NCBI GenBank assembly: GCA_028867075.1 | Contig: JAGWGZ010000001.1 | Location: forward strand, 26,660 to 90,659 | Length of the DNA: 64,000 nt | Direction of reading: 5' to 3' | DNA from: Nanobdellota archaeon | GTDB lineage: Archaea; Nanobdellota; Nanobdellia; Pacearchaeales; GW2011-AR1 | Shown here: positions 34,618-43,961 of the stretch, piece after piece | Numbering within the stretch: position 1 is the first letter of the stretch | Layout of the letters: every line of letters begins with the position of its first letter | The notes under the pieces: generated by a model | The model's database searches: none | Told to the model about the DNA's origin: nothing | The model's input: the letters and a program-made list of their open reading frames with translations, nothing else | Program-made: the position numbers and the translations under genes

Positions 34618-35772
34618 ATGGAATCAATATCGAAAGCAGATGTGAAAAACAAGATTATTTTGCTTCGCGAGGATTTAAACTCAGATGTTGAAAAGGGTAA
34701 AGTAGTTATGTCTGAAAGGATAAAACAGAGCGCAGAGACGATAAAAGCGCTCCAGAAAAGAGGCGCGAAGATTGTAGTTATTGCACACCAGGGCAGGCCA
34801 GGTAAGGGGGACTTCACCTCTCTTGAACAGCATGCGAAGCTGCTTAACAGGTATGTGAAAATAAAATTTATCCAGGACATAATCGGGAAAAAGGCGGAGA
34901 ATGCAATAAAAGGATTGGGAAATGGTGATGCAATACTTCTTGATAACATAAGAAAACTAAGGGATGAAACGGATTTTACAAAAAAAGATTTTGTTTCCAG
35001 ATTATCGGGATGGTGCGACATCTATGTCAATGACGCATTTTCAGTCTGCCACAGAAAACAGGCTTCTATTGTAAGTTTTCCCCGGCACATGAAAAGTTTT
35101 GCAGGCCCTCTGCTGATGAAAGAAACCAATGCACTGAAAAGGATAAATCTGAAGAACTGCCTTTATATCTTAGCAGGAGCGAAGCCCGAGGACAACATAA
35201 TGCTTATGAGGAAGAATAAGGTTCTTGCATGCGGTTTGTTTGGACAGATGTGCCTTGTTGCTCTTGGAAAGAATTTAGGAGCGCAGAATGCATACCTCAA
35301 AAAAAATATTTCCGATTATGGGAAATCAATAAAGAGCTTGAAGAACAGACTGGGTAAAATGAAGAACCTTGTGAAATTGCCTGTTGATTTTGCAGTAATG
35401 GATGAGAGGAGGAACAGGAAAGAGATTCCGCTGGAGAATTTTCCGAGCAAGTATGAAATTTATGACATCGGGAAAAGAACGCAGAATATTTTTGCAGGTG
35501 AGATCAAGAAAGCAAAATCAATTTATATGAAAGGCCCTGTCGGATACTATTCTGATTCTAAGTTCTTCAAAGGAACATATGCAATTTTAAAAGCAATCTC
35601 AGAGAGCAGAGCGTTTTCTGTTCTTGGCGGCGGGCAATTGAGTGATGCAATTACAAAATCAGGTATTTCCCCGAAAAAATTCGGGCATATCAGCCTTTCC
35701 GGAGGGGCTCTTTTGCAGTATCTTGCAGGAAAAAGACTTCCCGGACTTCAAGCATTGGGATTCTATAAATGA
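34618..35772 (+). CDS. pgk: phosphoglycerate kinase
   Basis: REDLN, AHQGRPG, LLDNIR, YVNDAFS..HR, YDIG, HISLSGGA. Confidence 0.94.
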   Translation: MESISKADVKNKIILLREDLNSDVEKGKVVMSERIKQSAETIKALQKRGAKIVVIAHQGRPGKGDFTSLEQHAKLLNRYVKIKFIQDIIGKKAENAIKGLGNGDAILLDNIRKLRDETDFTKKDFVSRLSGWCDIYVNDAFSVCHRKQASIVSFPRHMKSFAGPLLMKETNALKRINLKNCLYILAGAKPEDNIMLMRKNKVLACGLFGQMCLVALGKNLGAQNAYLKKNISDYGKSIKSLKNRLGKMKNLVKLPVDFAVMDERRNRKEIPLENFPSKYEIYDIGKRTQNIFAGEIKKAKSIYMKGPVGYYSDSKFFKGTYAILKAISESRAFSVLGGGQLSDAITKSGISPKKFGHISLSGGALLQYLAGKRLPGLQALGFYK

Positions 35773-35820
35773 AAAGGTTTTTAATTTTGCATGGGCTATT
35801 CATGATGTACAAGAGGTAAA

Positions 35821-36726
35821 ATGAAGAAATTTGATGTCGTGACGTTTGGTTCTGCTGTTATTGATATATTTGTAGATACAGATGTGAGAGAGAAAGGAAA
35901 GTTCATGGCTTATCCTGTGGGCAGCAAGATTCTTGTCAGGAACATGAAGTTTAATATCGGCGGAGGCGGAACAAATGCGGCTGTTGCTTTTTCAAGACTT
36001 GGATTGAGAACAGGATATATCGGAAAGCTGGATGCGGATTTCGGCGGAAGAAAGATAACTGAAATGCTGAAGAGGGAGAACATTGAATTTTTGGGGAAAA
36101 TGGAAAAGAACCCTGATATTGTTGGCGGGTATTCCATAATCCTTGACAGCAGGGAAAATGATCGGACAATCCTCACTTACAAAGGGGTCAATGATGATGT
36201 TGGTTTTTCAGACGCAGAGCATGATTTTAAAACAAAATGGTTTTATGTGTCCTCATCAATCGGCGAAAGTTTCAGGACGGTGAAAAGACTGGCAGAATCA
36301 ATGCATAAACACGGCGTGAAAATTGCATTTAATCCAAGCGAGTACATGATAAAGAATGAAAATCTGAAGGACTTCCTGAAAATATGCGACATTATAAGCC
36401 TAAACAAAGAGGAGGCTGAACTTTTAACGAAGAAAAGAGATTTGCTCTTCGGCCTGCATGAACTTGGTCCCAGAATCGTTGTTATCACAAACAAGGACAA
36501 AGAGATTACTGCATATGATGGAATAAGAAAATACGAGCTGGTTCCCCACAAGATAAAAATTGCAGAGCGAACAGGGGCAGGGGATGCCTTTGCATCAGGA
36601 TTTGTTGCCGGGCAGATAACCGGAAAATCTGTTGAAGACAGCCTGAGATTTGGGCTGGAAGAGTCTGAGTCAGTCATAAAACACAGGGGAGCAAAAATCG
36701 GATTGATAAGGAGGAAGTTGAAATGA
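35821..36726 (+). CDS. PfkB/ribokinase family carbohydrate kinase
   Basis: GGGGTNAAVAFSRLG, LNKEEA, ERTGAGDAFASGF. Confidence 0.92.
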   Translation: MKKFDVVTFGSAVIDIFVDTDVREKGKFMAYPVGSKILVRNMKFNIGGGGTNAAVAFSRLGLRTGYIGKLDADFGGRKITEMLKRENIEFLGKMEKNPDIVGGYSIILDSRENDRTILTYKGVNDDVGFSDAEHDFKTKWFYVSSSIGESFRTVKRLAESMHKHGVKIAFNPSEYMIKNENLKDFLKICDIISLNKEEAELLTKKRDLLFGLHELGPRIVVITNKDKEITAYDGIRKYELVPHKIKIAERTGAGDAFASGFVAGQITGKSVEDSLRFGLEESESVIKHRGAKIGLIRRKLK

Positions 36727-36959
36727 GATTTAATAATGAGATAAAACTTCTTGAAGAATTAGCAAAATTAGAACATCAACAATGGGCTCATTGGACTACA
36801 TATCTACTAAATAATCTTACAAAAGAAAATATTAAGAAATGGACAAAGCAGATTAAGACACCCTACCCAAAACTTTCTGAAAAGGAAAAAGAATCGGACA
36901 GGGAGTGGGGTAAGAAAGTGCTGGAAATAATTAAACAAAAGAATAATCTTGGGCTATAA
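36723..36959 (+). CDS. small RyR-domain-like protein
   Basis: LAKLEHQQWAHW...PYPKLSEKEKESDREW resembles the RyR repeat pattern; AT-rich; start overlaps upstream stop (ATGA). Confidence 0.65.
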   Translation: MRFNNEIKLLEELAKLEHQQWAHWTTYLLNNLTKENIKKWTKQIKTPYPKLSEKEKESDREWGKKVLEIIKQKNNLGL

Positions 36960-36962
36960 CTT

Positions 36963-37970
36963 ATGAAAATTGCGTTCTTTGAGATGAAGGAGAAATGGGA
37001 AATAGAATACATGAAAAAACATCTGAAGAATCACAGGCTATTCTTCTTTAGCGGAGAACTCAACAAGAATAATGCAAAAAATTTCAGGGATTTTGACATA
37101 ATCTCCATTTTCATTTACTCAAATATAACTCCGGACGTTATTTCTGAATTAAAAAAGACCAAGGCAATTATAACGCGTTCCACAGGCTTCGACCATGTTG
37201 ACATTAAATCATGCGACCGGAATAAAATAAAAGTTTACAATGTTCCAAGATACGGCAGCAACACCGTTGCGGAATACGCCTTTGCCTTGGTGCTTGCACT
37301 GGCAAGGAAGATAATAAGGAGCAATGAACGAGTCAGAAACCTGGATTTTAGTCTTGATGGATTAAGGGGGATGGACATCAAAGGGAAAACTCTTGGTATT
37401 GTGGGACTTGGCGAAATAGGGGCATGCGTTGCAGAAATTGCGAGAGGATTCGGGATGAATATTCTTGTTTCAACTAAGATAAAAGATCCCAAAACCGCGA
37501 AGTCTCTTGGATTCAGGTATGTCAATTTCAACTATCTTCTGAAGAATTCCGATATAATAACATTCCATGTTCCGCTCCTGCCCTCAACAAAACACATGCT
37601 TAATTCCGGAAACATCAATCTTGTGAAAAAAGGGGCTTTGCTGATAAACACCTCGCGAGGGGAAGTTATTGAAACGGAAACGGTAATAAAAGCATTGAAT
37701 AGAGGAATAATCTCGGGAGCTGCTATGGACGTTCTTGAGGGCGAGGAACTGATAAAAGACGAGAGAGAATTATTATTTAAGCAACACTCGCATGAGGAAC
37801 TTAAAGCTGCATTGGAGGAAAGTGTTCTGGCAGAACATGAGAATGTGATAATCACCCCACACAATGCCTTTAACACACAAGAGGCACTGCAGAGGATTCT
37901 TGATGTGACAATTCAGGATGTAAGATTTGCAATTCAAAACAAAAAGGAGAATACTGTGAAATGCGAGTGA
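36963..37970 (+). CDS. D-isomer-specific 2-hydroxyacid dehydrogenase (D-lactate dehydrogenase-like)
   Basis: TRSTGFDHVD, VAEYAFAL, GIVGLGEIG, LINTSRG, DVLEGE, ITPHNAF.T.EA. Confidence 0.9.
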   Translation: MKIAFFEMKEKWEIEYMKKHLKNHRLFFFSGELNKNNAKNFRDFDIISIFIYSNITPDVISELKKTKAIITRSTGFDHVDIKSCDRNKIKVYNVPRYGSNTVAEYAFALVLALARKIIRSNERVRNLDFSLDGLRGMDIKGKTLGIVGLGEIGACVAEIARGFGMNILVSTKIKDPKTAKSLGFRYVNFNYLLKNSDIITFHVPLLPSTKHMLNSGNINLVKKGALLINTSRGEVIETETVIKALNRGIISGAAMDVLEGEELIKDERELLFKQHSHEELKAALEESVLAEHENVIITPHNAFNTQEALQRILDVTIQDVRFAIQNKKENTVKCE

Positions 37971-38713
37971 ATCTCGGGAAAATAATGAAAAACGGAAAAG
38001 CAATGTTTCTTGCTTACGACCACGGATTGGAACACGGGCCGATAGAATTCAATGACAAAGACGCAAACCCGGAGTATATAATTGATATTGCGAAGAAAGG
38101 AAAATACAATGCATTGATTTTTCAGAAGGGAATCGCGGAGAAATACAATGAGAAAATAAAAAAGTCGAAAATTCCTTTGATAATAAAACTCAATGGAAAA
38201 ACAAATTTGTTTCAGGGCGAGCCTGTTTCGAGGCAGATTTGCAGCGTCAAAGAAGCTCTGGACTTGGGAGCGAAAGCTGTGGGTTATACGATTTATATCG
38301 GAAGCAGATATGAATCTGTTATGCTGAAAGAATTTGATTCAATCGAGGAAGAGGCACATGCAAAGGGTATTCCGGTAATTGCATGGATTTATCCGCGTGG
38401 AAAAAGCGTTGAGAAAAAGCCAGGAGGAGAATTGATGGCTTATGCTGCGCGAACGGGTCTGGAAATTGGAGCAGATATAATAAAAATAAAATACAACGGA
38501 AATGTAAAAGACTTGAAATGGGCAGTTAAAGTCGCCGGAAAGACACAAGTCATGATTGCTGGCGGCGTCCATGAAGACGAGAAGATTTTTCTGAAGCAGG
38601 TTAAGGAGATAATCAACGCTGGCGCAGCAGGCCTCGCAGTGGGAAGAAATATTTGGCAGTCTGGAAATCCGGTAGAACTCTCAGGTAAAATAAAAAGAAT
38701 GATTTGGGATTAA
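37961..38713 (+). CDS. class I fructose-bisphosphate aldolase (DhnA family)
   Basis: LAYDHGLEHGP, LGAKAVGYTIYIGS, W.YPRG, GADIIKIKY Schiff-base Lys, AVGRNIWQ. Confidence 0.92.
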   Translation: MRVNLGKIMKNGKAMFLAYDHGLEHGPIEFNDKDANPEYIIDIAKKGKYNALIFQKGIAEKYNEKIKKSKIPLIIKLNGKTNLFQGEPVSRQICSVKEALDLGAKAVGYTIYIGSRYESVMLKEFDSIEEEAHAKGIPVIAWIYPRGKSVEKKPGGELMAYAARTGLEIGADIIKIKYNGNVKDLKWAVKVAGKTQVMIAGGVHEDEKIFLKQVKEIINAGAAGLAVGRNIWQSGNPVELSGKIKRMIWD

Positions 38714-38784
38714 TGGACTTGCCGAGAATCGGACTCGGATCTTCCGGCTGCGAACCGAATATAATGCCATTATACTACAAGCCC
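38714..38784 (-). tRNA. tRNA-Ala(CGC)
   Basis: GGGCTTG/CAAGTCC with G3:U70, TTCGG-TTCGCAG-CCGGA, T-loop TCCGATT. Confidence 0.92.
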
Positions 38785-38825
38785 ATGTACGACAACCTAC
38801 GGTTTTCTTACACTAACTTTCCCTT
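38785..38825 (-). repeat. leader hairpin motif upstream of tRNA-Ala
   Basis: Minus strand AAGGGAAAGTTAG-TGTAAGAAAACCGTAGGTTGTCGTACAT ending at tRNA +1. Confidence 0.75.
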
Positions 38826-38883
38826 AAGTGTCTATTGAAAAAGTTTATATCCCTGCATTTATAATAATTTACTATAAAAGAAG

Positions 38884-39504
38884 ATGATAACAATAATCAA
38901 TTTCAAAACTTATAAGCAAGGAGAAGAGGTTATTAAGCTCACGAAGGAAATTGAGAGAACAGACAAAAATATTATCATTGGAGTTCAGGCTGTTGATATA
39001 AGGGAGATTTCTAAAAAAACAAAGCTCCGGGTTTTTGTGCAACATGCGGATTATTTTGAAAAAGGAAGAAACACGGGATTTGTCATTCCCGAGGCTGTAA
39101 AGGCTGCAGGCGCATCCGGCGTTTTTATAAATCATTCGGAGCACAAATTGAATTTTGATATAATCAAAAGGACAATGAAGAGATGCAAGGAAGTTGGACT
39201 GAAAACAGCTGTTTTTGCGGCGGATTTGGGGGAAATGAAGAAAATTGAACGATTAAAACCCACTTATTTAATCTTTGAGCCTCCTGAGCTTGTAGCAGGT
39301 AAAGTCTCAGTATCTTCTGCTAAGCCTGATATGATAAAAAAGATTTCAAAAGCTGTTAAAATGAAATTTCTTGTTGGTGCAGGGATCCATTCCAGAAAAG
39401 ATGTTGAGGTTGCTTTGAGATTAGGAGCCTCTGGAATTGCGATTTCTTCAGCTATAACGCAAGTGAAAGATCCATCTGCAGAACTGAGAAGACTTATCCT
39501 ATGA
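38884..39504 (+). CDS. tpiA: triosephosphate isomerase (archaeal type)
   Basis: INFKTY, QHAD, INHSEH, EPPEL, LVGAGI. Confidence 0.93.
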   Translation: MITIINFKTYKQGEEVIKLTKEIERTDKNIIIGVQAVDIREISKKTKLRVFVQHADYFEKGRNTGFVIPEAVKAAGASGVFINHSEHKLNFDIIKRTMKRCKEVGLKTAVFAADLGEMKKIERLKPTYLIFEPPELVAGKVSVSSAKPDMIKKISKAVKMKFLVGAGIHSRKDVEVALRLGASGIAISSAITQVKDPSAELRRLIL

Positions 39505-40058
39505 GGAAGTTAATTTTTATTACTGGGATGAATGGCAGCGAAAAAGATATGTTCCTTGTCAGAAAAATGTTGAAAAATTTTGAAGTAATCTATTTTCCAT
39601 ATGATACCACATTAAGAAAGAGTATAACTGAATATGCCTTACAATTAAAATCTTTTATTAATAATTTAAATTTGACAAGAAAAGAGAAGGTCTCTATTTT
39701 TTCTTTAAGTGCAGGAGGGATAATCGCCTCCTATTATACAAAATTTTTAGATAAGAAGAGAGTCAATAAACTAGTTACCGTCTGTTCTCCTTTTGGAGGG
39801 AGCTGGATTCGGATATTTTTTCGAAAAAGAAGAGGGGCGCAAGAACTTGGACCTAATAGCATTTTGTTGAAAAGACTTGCAAATAAAAAGAATAAATTCA
39901 TAAAAGAATTTAATCTCTGGTGCTTTCTGGACCCTTTAGTTCCGGGAACTTCAGGAAAAGGAGATAATTCCAAGCATACTTTATTCTTTTTACATTGGGT
40001 TATACAATTTTGGCCTCCAATAATTCTGAGGGCTAAGGATTTTTTAGAAGAGGATTAG
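39501..40058 (+). CDS. alpha/beta hydrolase (esterase/lipase-like)
   Basis: FITGMNG, nucleophile elbow SLSAGG, LVTVCSPFGG, DPLVP, H near C-terminus; AT-rich. Confidence 0.7.
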   Translation: MRKLIFITGMNGSEKDMFLVRKMLKNFEVIYFPYDTTLRKSITEYALQLKSFINNLNLTRKEKVSIFSLSAGGIIASYYTKFLDKKRVNKLVTVCSPFGGSWIRIFFRKRRGAQELGPNSILLKRLANKKNKFIKEFNLWCFLDPLVPGTSGKGDNSKHTLFFLHWVIQFWPPIILRAKDFLEED

Positions 40059-40810
40059 CCTGCAGCAAAAATCCAGCCGCCGTCAACAACTAGCTCTTCA
40101 CCTGTTATGTACGAAGATGCATCTGAAGCAAGGAAAACAACCGGTCCCCCAATATCTGCCGGTTCCCCTATTCTGTTTAATGGTATCTTTGCAATCTGCT
40201 CTTTTAGCATCTTTTTATTTTTTAACAAATCGCGGGTCATAGGCGTGTTAATAACTCCGGGGTGAATTGAGTTTACTCTTATTCCCTTTTTTCCAAATTC
40301 AACAGCCAAAGATTTTGTCAGCGCACGAACACCTCCCTTTGCAGCGCAATATGCCGCTGAGTTGGAAAATCCGGAGATTCCCGCAATTGAAGAGATGTTG
40401 ATGATGCTGCCTCCCCTTTTCATGTACTTTAATGCTTCACGAGAGCAAAGAAAGACTCCTCGGAGATCAACATGAATCATTTTCTCCCATTCTTCCCCGC
40501 TTACATTTGCCGTCGGAGAAGCCTTGTATATCCCGGCGTTATTCACAAGGATGTCTATTTTTCCGAATTTTTCCATCGTTTTATTGATTAGATTTATAAC
40601 TTCTTTTTCATCAGACACATCAGATCTAATATAAACTGCGTCCCGTTTTAGAGATTTTATTTTCTTTACGGTGTTTTCACCCGGAATTATATCGGAGACA
40701 ACAACATCTGCTCCGGCTTTTGCAAGCTCTATCGCAATACCCTCACCCATGCCCCGTGAAGAACCAGTCACAACAGCCACCCTTCCCTTTAGGCTGAACA
40801 TATCACCCAT
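40055..40810 (-). CDS. short-chain dehydrogenase/reductase
   Basis: TGSSRGMG, LVNNAG, NISS, YCAAK, RVNSIHPG, VVDGG. Confidence 0.93.
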   Translation of the reverse strand: MGDMFSLKGRVAVVTGSSRGMGEGIAIELAKAGADVVVSDIIPGENTVKKIKSLKRDAVYIRSDVSDEKEVINLINKTMEKFGKIDILVNNAGIYKASPTANVSGEEWEKMIHVDLRGVFLCSREALKYMKRGGSIINISSIAGISGFSNSAAYCAAKGGVRALTKSLAVEFGKKGIRVNSIHPGVINTPMTRDLLKNKKMLKEQIAKIPLNRIGEPADIGGPVVFLASDASSYITGEELVVDGGWIFAAG

Positions 40811-40885
40811 TTCATTTTATTGACGGATTTATTTTATTTAAACCTTTTGAGAAACATTTAAAATTATGAATCTATTCTTTTTGAA

Positions 40886-41695
40886 ATGGGCAAAAAAATC
40901 GGGGTGGATCTTGGAGGGACTTTTCTCCGTGTGGGAATTGTCGAGAATAATAGGGTTGTAAAGTACATAAAGAAACAGACTCCGAAAACCGAAAAAGAGC
41001 TTGTAAATGAAATGGCAAAATCAATTTCAGAGTGCATGACCTCTGATGTTACGGGGATAGGGGTCGCCAGTCCCGGGCCATTGAAGGACGGGATAATTTA
41101 TGACACCCCAAACCTGCCATTCACGCATTTCAACATGAAGCAATTTCTGCAAAGGAAATTCAAGAAAAGAGTTGAAATAAAGAATGATGCTCATTGCGTT
41201 GCACTTGCGGAAGCAAAATTAGGATGCAAGAAAAAGAATTTTCTTGTAGTCACTCTTGGAACAGGAATCGGCGGAGGAATCATCATTGACGGAAAATTGT
41301 ATGAGGGGCAGGGTTATGCGGGCGAACTCGGGCATTTGGTTTTGGATGACGGAAAGTATTGGGAGATATTATGGCAGGAAAATAAAAAGAAAACCCAGGC
41401 ATGTTGCAGTGGGAAGTTCATGATAAAAGACATGTTCCATAAAAAAAACAAAGAAGCCGCTGAAATATTAAGGAGCACCACAAGATATTTGGGGCAGGGA
41501 ATCGGTTCTTTGATAAATGCGTTTGACCCTGAGGTTGTAATTCTCATGGGCGGAGTCCGGGAAGCGGGAAGTAAATTCCTTAAAATGATAAGCAGAGAGG
41601 CAAAGAATTATACAATACTTCCCAGAATCCCGCCAATAAGGTGGAGTAGACTTGATCATCCTGGGATTTTGGGTGCGAGCTTGCTGATTAGTTAG
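40886..41695 (+). CDS. ROK family sugar kinase (glucokinase-like)
   Basis: GVDLGGT, GVASPGP, NDAHC.ALAE, TLGTGIGGG, AGELGH. Confidence 0.92.
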   Translation: MGKKIGVDLGGTFLRVGIVENNRVVKYIKKQTPKTEKELVNEMAKSISECMTSDVTGIGVASPGPLKDGIIYDTPNLPFTHFNMKQFLQRKFKKRVEIKNDAHCVALAEAKLGCKKKNFLVVTLGTGIGGGIIIDGKLYEGQGYAGELGHLVLDDGKYWEILWQENKKKTQACCSGKFMIKDMFHKKNKEAAEILRSTTRYLGQGIGSLINAFDPEVVILMGGVREAGSKFLKMISREAKNYTILPRIPPIRWSRLDHPGILGASLLIS

Positions 41696-43561
41696 TTATT
41701 CAACAACAGCCTTAATTCTCCTGACCCCTGCGCTCGAAGATTCTTCCTTTATGATTTTAAACTTCCCGACCTCACCAGTATTTTTTACATGCGGTCCTGT
41801 GCAGATTTCCCTGCTGAAGAATCCACGCTTTTCTTTCGGATCAAGGACGGTATAAACAGAAACTCTTTCGGGGTATTTTGCACCGAATTCAGCTTCTGCT
41901 CCGGAACTCATTGCGTCTGTGAGCGACATCTCCTGTCTTTCAACCTTTAGATTTTCTTTTATCTTTTTATTGATTAGGTTTTCTGTTTCTTTTAATTCTT
42001 CATCAGAGAGTTTTCTTGGAAAATTAAAGTCAAATCTCAACCTCTCGGCAGTTATGTTTGAACCTTTTTGGTGTATGTTCTTATCTCTCAAAATTTCTTT
42101 CAGTGCAGCATTCAGCATGTGCGTTGCCGTATGTAACCTCGTTGTAGTTGATGAACTGTCTGCAAGGCCTGACTTGAACTTGCCTTCTGCGGCTGCTTTT
42201 GAAAGCGTTTTATGCTTTTCATATTCTTCCCCAAACTCTTTTTCATCGACTTTTATTCCTTTTTCTTTTAATATCTCTTCAGTCATCTCTATCGGGAAGC
42301 CATAGGATTGGTAAAGAAGAAATGCATCTCGTCCGGAAATTATCTTCTTACCCCTTGAAATCTTATGAAGGGTTATAAGACCCCTATCTAATGTTTTATT
42401 AAACGTATTCTCTTCTTCCAGCAAAATATTTAATATTCTTTTTTTATCCTTCAATATTTCATAGTCATCATATATTTCGAAGACAATTTCTGCAATTTTA
42501 TCTGTGAAGAAGCCGGATTTTTGTTCCAATTTTAGATTTACCCGCCCATATTTAACAGCCCGCCTTATCAGTCTCCTTAAGACATATCCCCTTTCGGTAT
42601 TTGATGGGGAAACACCGTCGGCAATTATGAACACTGCCGCCTTGATGTGGTCTGCTATTATCCGCATGGCTTTTATCACCTCTTTTTCATATTTGTCATA
42701 ATCTTCTTTTAATGCGACTATTGTTCTTTCCTTATCATTTTTTGGATAGATCTTTCCTGAGATCTTTTCTATCTCTTTTATTATCGGTAAAAAGCAATCG
42801 CTGAGATAATTATCATCCAGTCCATTCAGCGCAGCGACTGTTCTTTCAACGCCCCCGCCGAAATCTATGTTTTTTTGCTTTGCAATATTGAAATTTCCTT
42901 TTTCATCTTTTACATACTGCATTAAGACATCATTTCCGATTTCGATCCATTTTTTATCCCCCGGGTTGAATTTTGCAGGCGCTTTTTCTTTCCCGCACCA
43001 GAAGAATTGTTCTGTGTCCGGACCGCAGGGCCCTGTTTTTCCCGCGGGCCCCCACCAGTTATTATCAGATTCATAAACTCCTCCTTTTAGATAGGCAATT
43101 CTTTCTTTTGGAATTCCGATTGATTTCCAGATATTTGCAGATTCATCATCCTTTTGGAGCTGCGGAACCCTTGAATCTCCCCCGAAAACACTGACTGCGT
43201 ATTTATTCAGCGGAATTTTAAGGACCTTGTTCTGGAATTCAAAGGTCATCTTTATCGCCTGTTCCTTGAAATAATCTCCGAGGCTCCAGTTCCCAAGCAT
43301 TTCAAAAAAAGTGTGGTGGTACGTGTCTCCGACCTCGTCTATGTCCTGCGTTCTTATGCATCTCTGAACGTTGCACAATCTCTTCCCAAGAGGATGCGGC
43401 TGGCTCAGGAGATAAGGAACAAGGGGGTGCATGCCTGCTGTCGTGAACAGAACTGTCGGGTCATTTACAGGAACAAGGCTCGCATTCGGGATTATCCTAT
43501 GACCTTTTGAACCGAAGAATTTTAGATACCTGTCAATAAGTTCCTTCCTGCTTATTTTCAT
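41696..43561 (-). CDS. alaS: alanine--tRNA ligase, short form lacking the C-Ala domain
   Basis: DPTVLFTTAGM, HHTFFEMLGNWSLGDYFK, GPCGPDTE, editing motifs HTATH and CTGPH; ends at GVRRIKAV. Confidence 0.96.
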   Translation of the reverse strand: MKISRKELIDRYLKFFGSKGHRIIPNASLVPVNDPTVLFTTAGMHPLVPYLLSQPHPLGKRLCNVQRCIRTQDIDEVGDTYHHTFFEMLGNWSLGDYFKEQAIKMTFEFQNKVLKIPLNKYAVSVFGGDSRVPQLQKDDESANIWKSIGIPKERIAYLKGGVYESDNNWWGPAGKTGPCGPDTEQFFWCGKEKAPAKFNPGDKKWIEIGNDVLMQYVKDEKGNFNIAKQKNIDFGGGVERTVAALNGLDDNYLSDCFLPIIKEIEKISGKIYPKNDKERTIVALKEDYDKYEKEVIKAMRIIADHIKAAVFIIADGVSPSNTERGYVLRRLIRRAVKYGRVNLKLEQKSGFFTDKIAEIVFEIYDDYEILKDKKRILNILLEEENTFNKTLDRGLITLHKISRGKKIISGRDAFLLYQSYGFPIEMTEEILKEKGIKVDEKEFGEEYEKHKTLSKAAAEGKFKSGLADSSSTTTRLHTATHMLNAALKEILRDKNIHQKGSNITAERLRFDFNFPRKLSDEELKETENLINKKIKENLKVERQEMSLTDAMSSGAEAEFGAKYPERVSVYTVLDPKEKRGFFSREICTGPHVKNTGEVGKFKIIKEESSSAGVRRIKAVVE

Positions 43562-43597
43562 ATATTAATTCCAGAATTATTCTTTATAATTATTTTG

Positions 43598-43960
43598 CTA
43601 ATATGAAAGCGCTTTTAGTCTTTTTTGGATTTCCATGAGCTGTGATTCCAGGTCGCTTTCGTTCTTTGTCTTTAATCCCGGAAGAGAACTCACTGATTTT
43701 TCCTCATGATGCTTCAATATGCGCGGAATTTTTATCTGGGGCATGTTTGCTTCAAGGAGCTTTATGTACATGGTTGTTTTTTTGAGTTCCCGATAAAATC
43801 TGGATTTCAGCTTTGTTTCCATCTCGCGAAGGAGAATATATCTCTGCATGGACTTTATCAGATTAAGGAGGTCCATCTCGGATGAAAGAAGATCTTTTTT
43901 TGACTGAACCGCTTCCGCAAATTCAAATCTTACGTGTATGAAGTTCTCGCCCTTTTCCAT
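43598..43960 (-). CDS. hypothetical coiled-coil protein
   Basis: Helical and charged; ends LESQLMEIQKRL; follows upstream gene by 1 nt. Confidence 0.75.
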   Translation of the reverse strand: MEKGENFIHVRFEFAEAVQSKKDLLSSEMDLLNLIKSMQRYILLREMETKLKSRFYRELKKTTMYIKLLEANMPQIKIPRILKHHEEKSVSSLPGLKTKNESDLESQLMEIQKRLKALSY

Positions 43961-43961
43961 T

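Noticed and set aside
41696-43561. alaS as a truncated pseudogene
   Set aside because: Catalytic and editing motifs are intact; short AlaRS lacking C-Ala is known in reduced genomes
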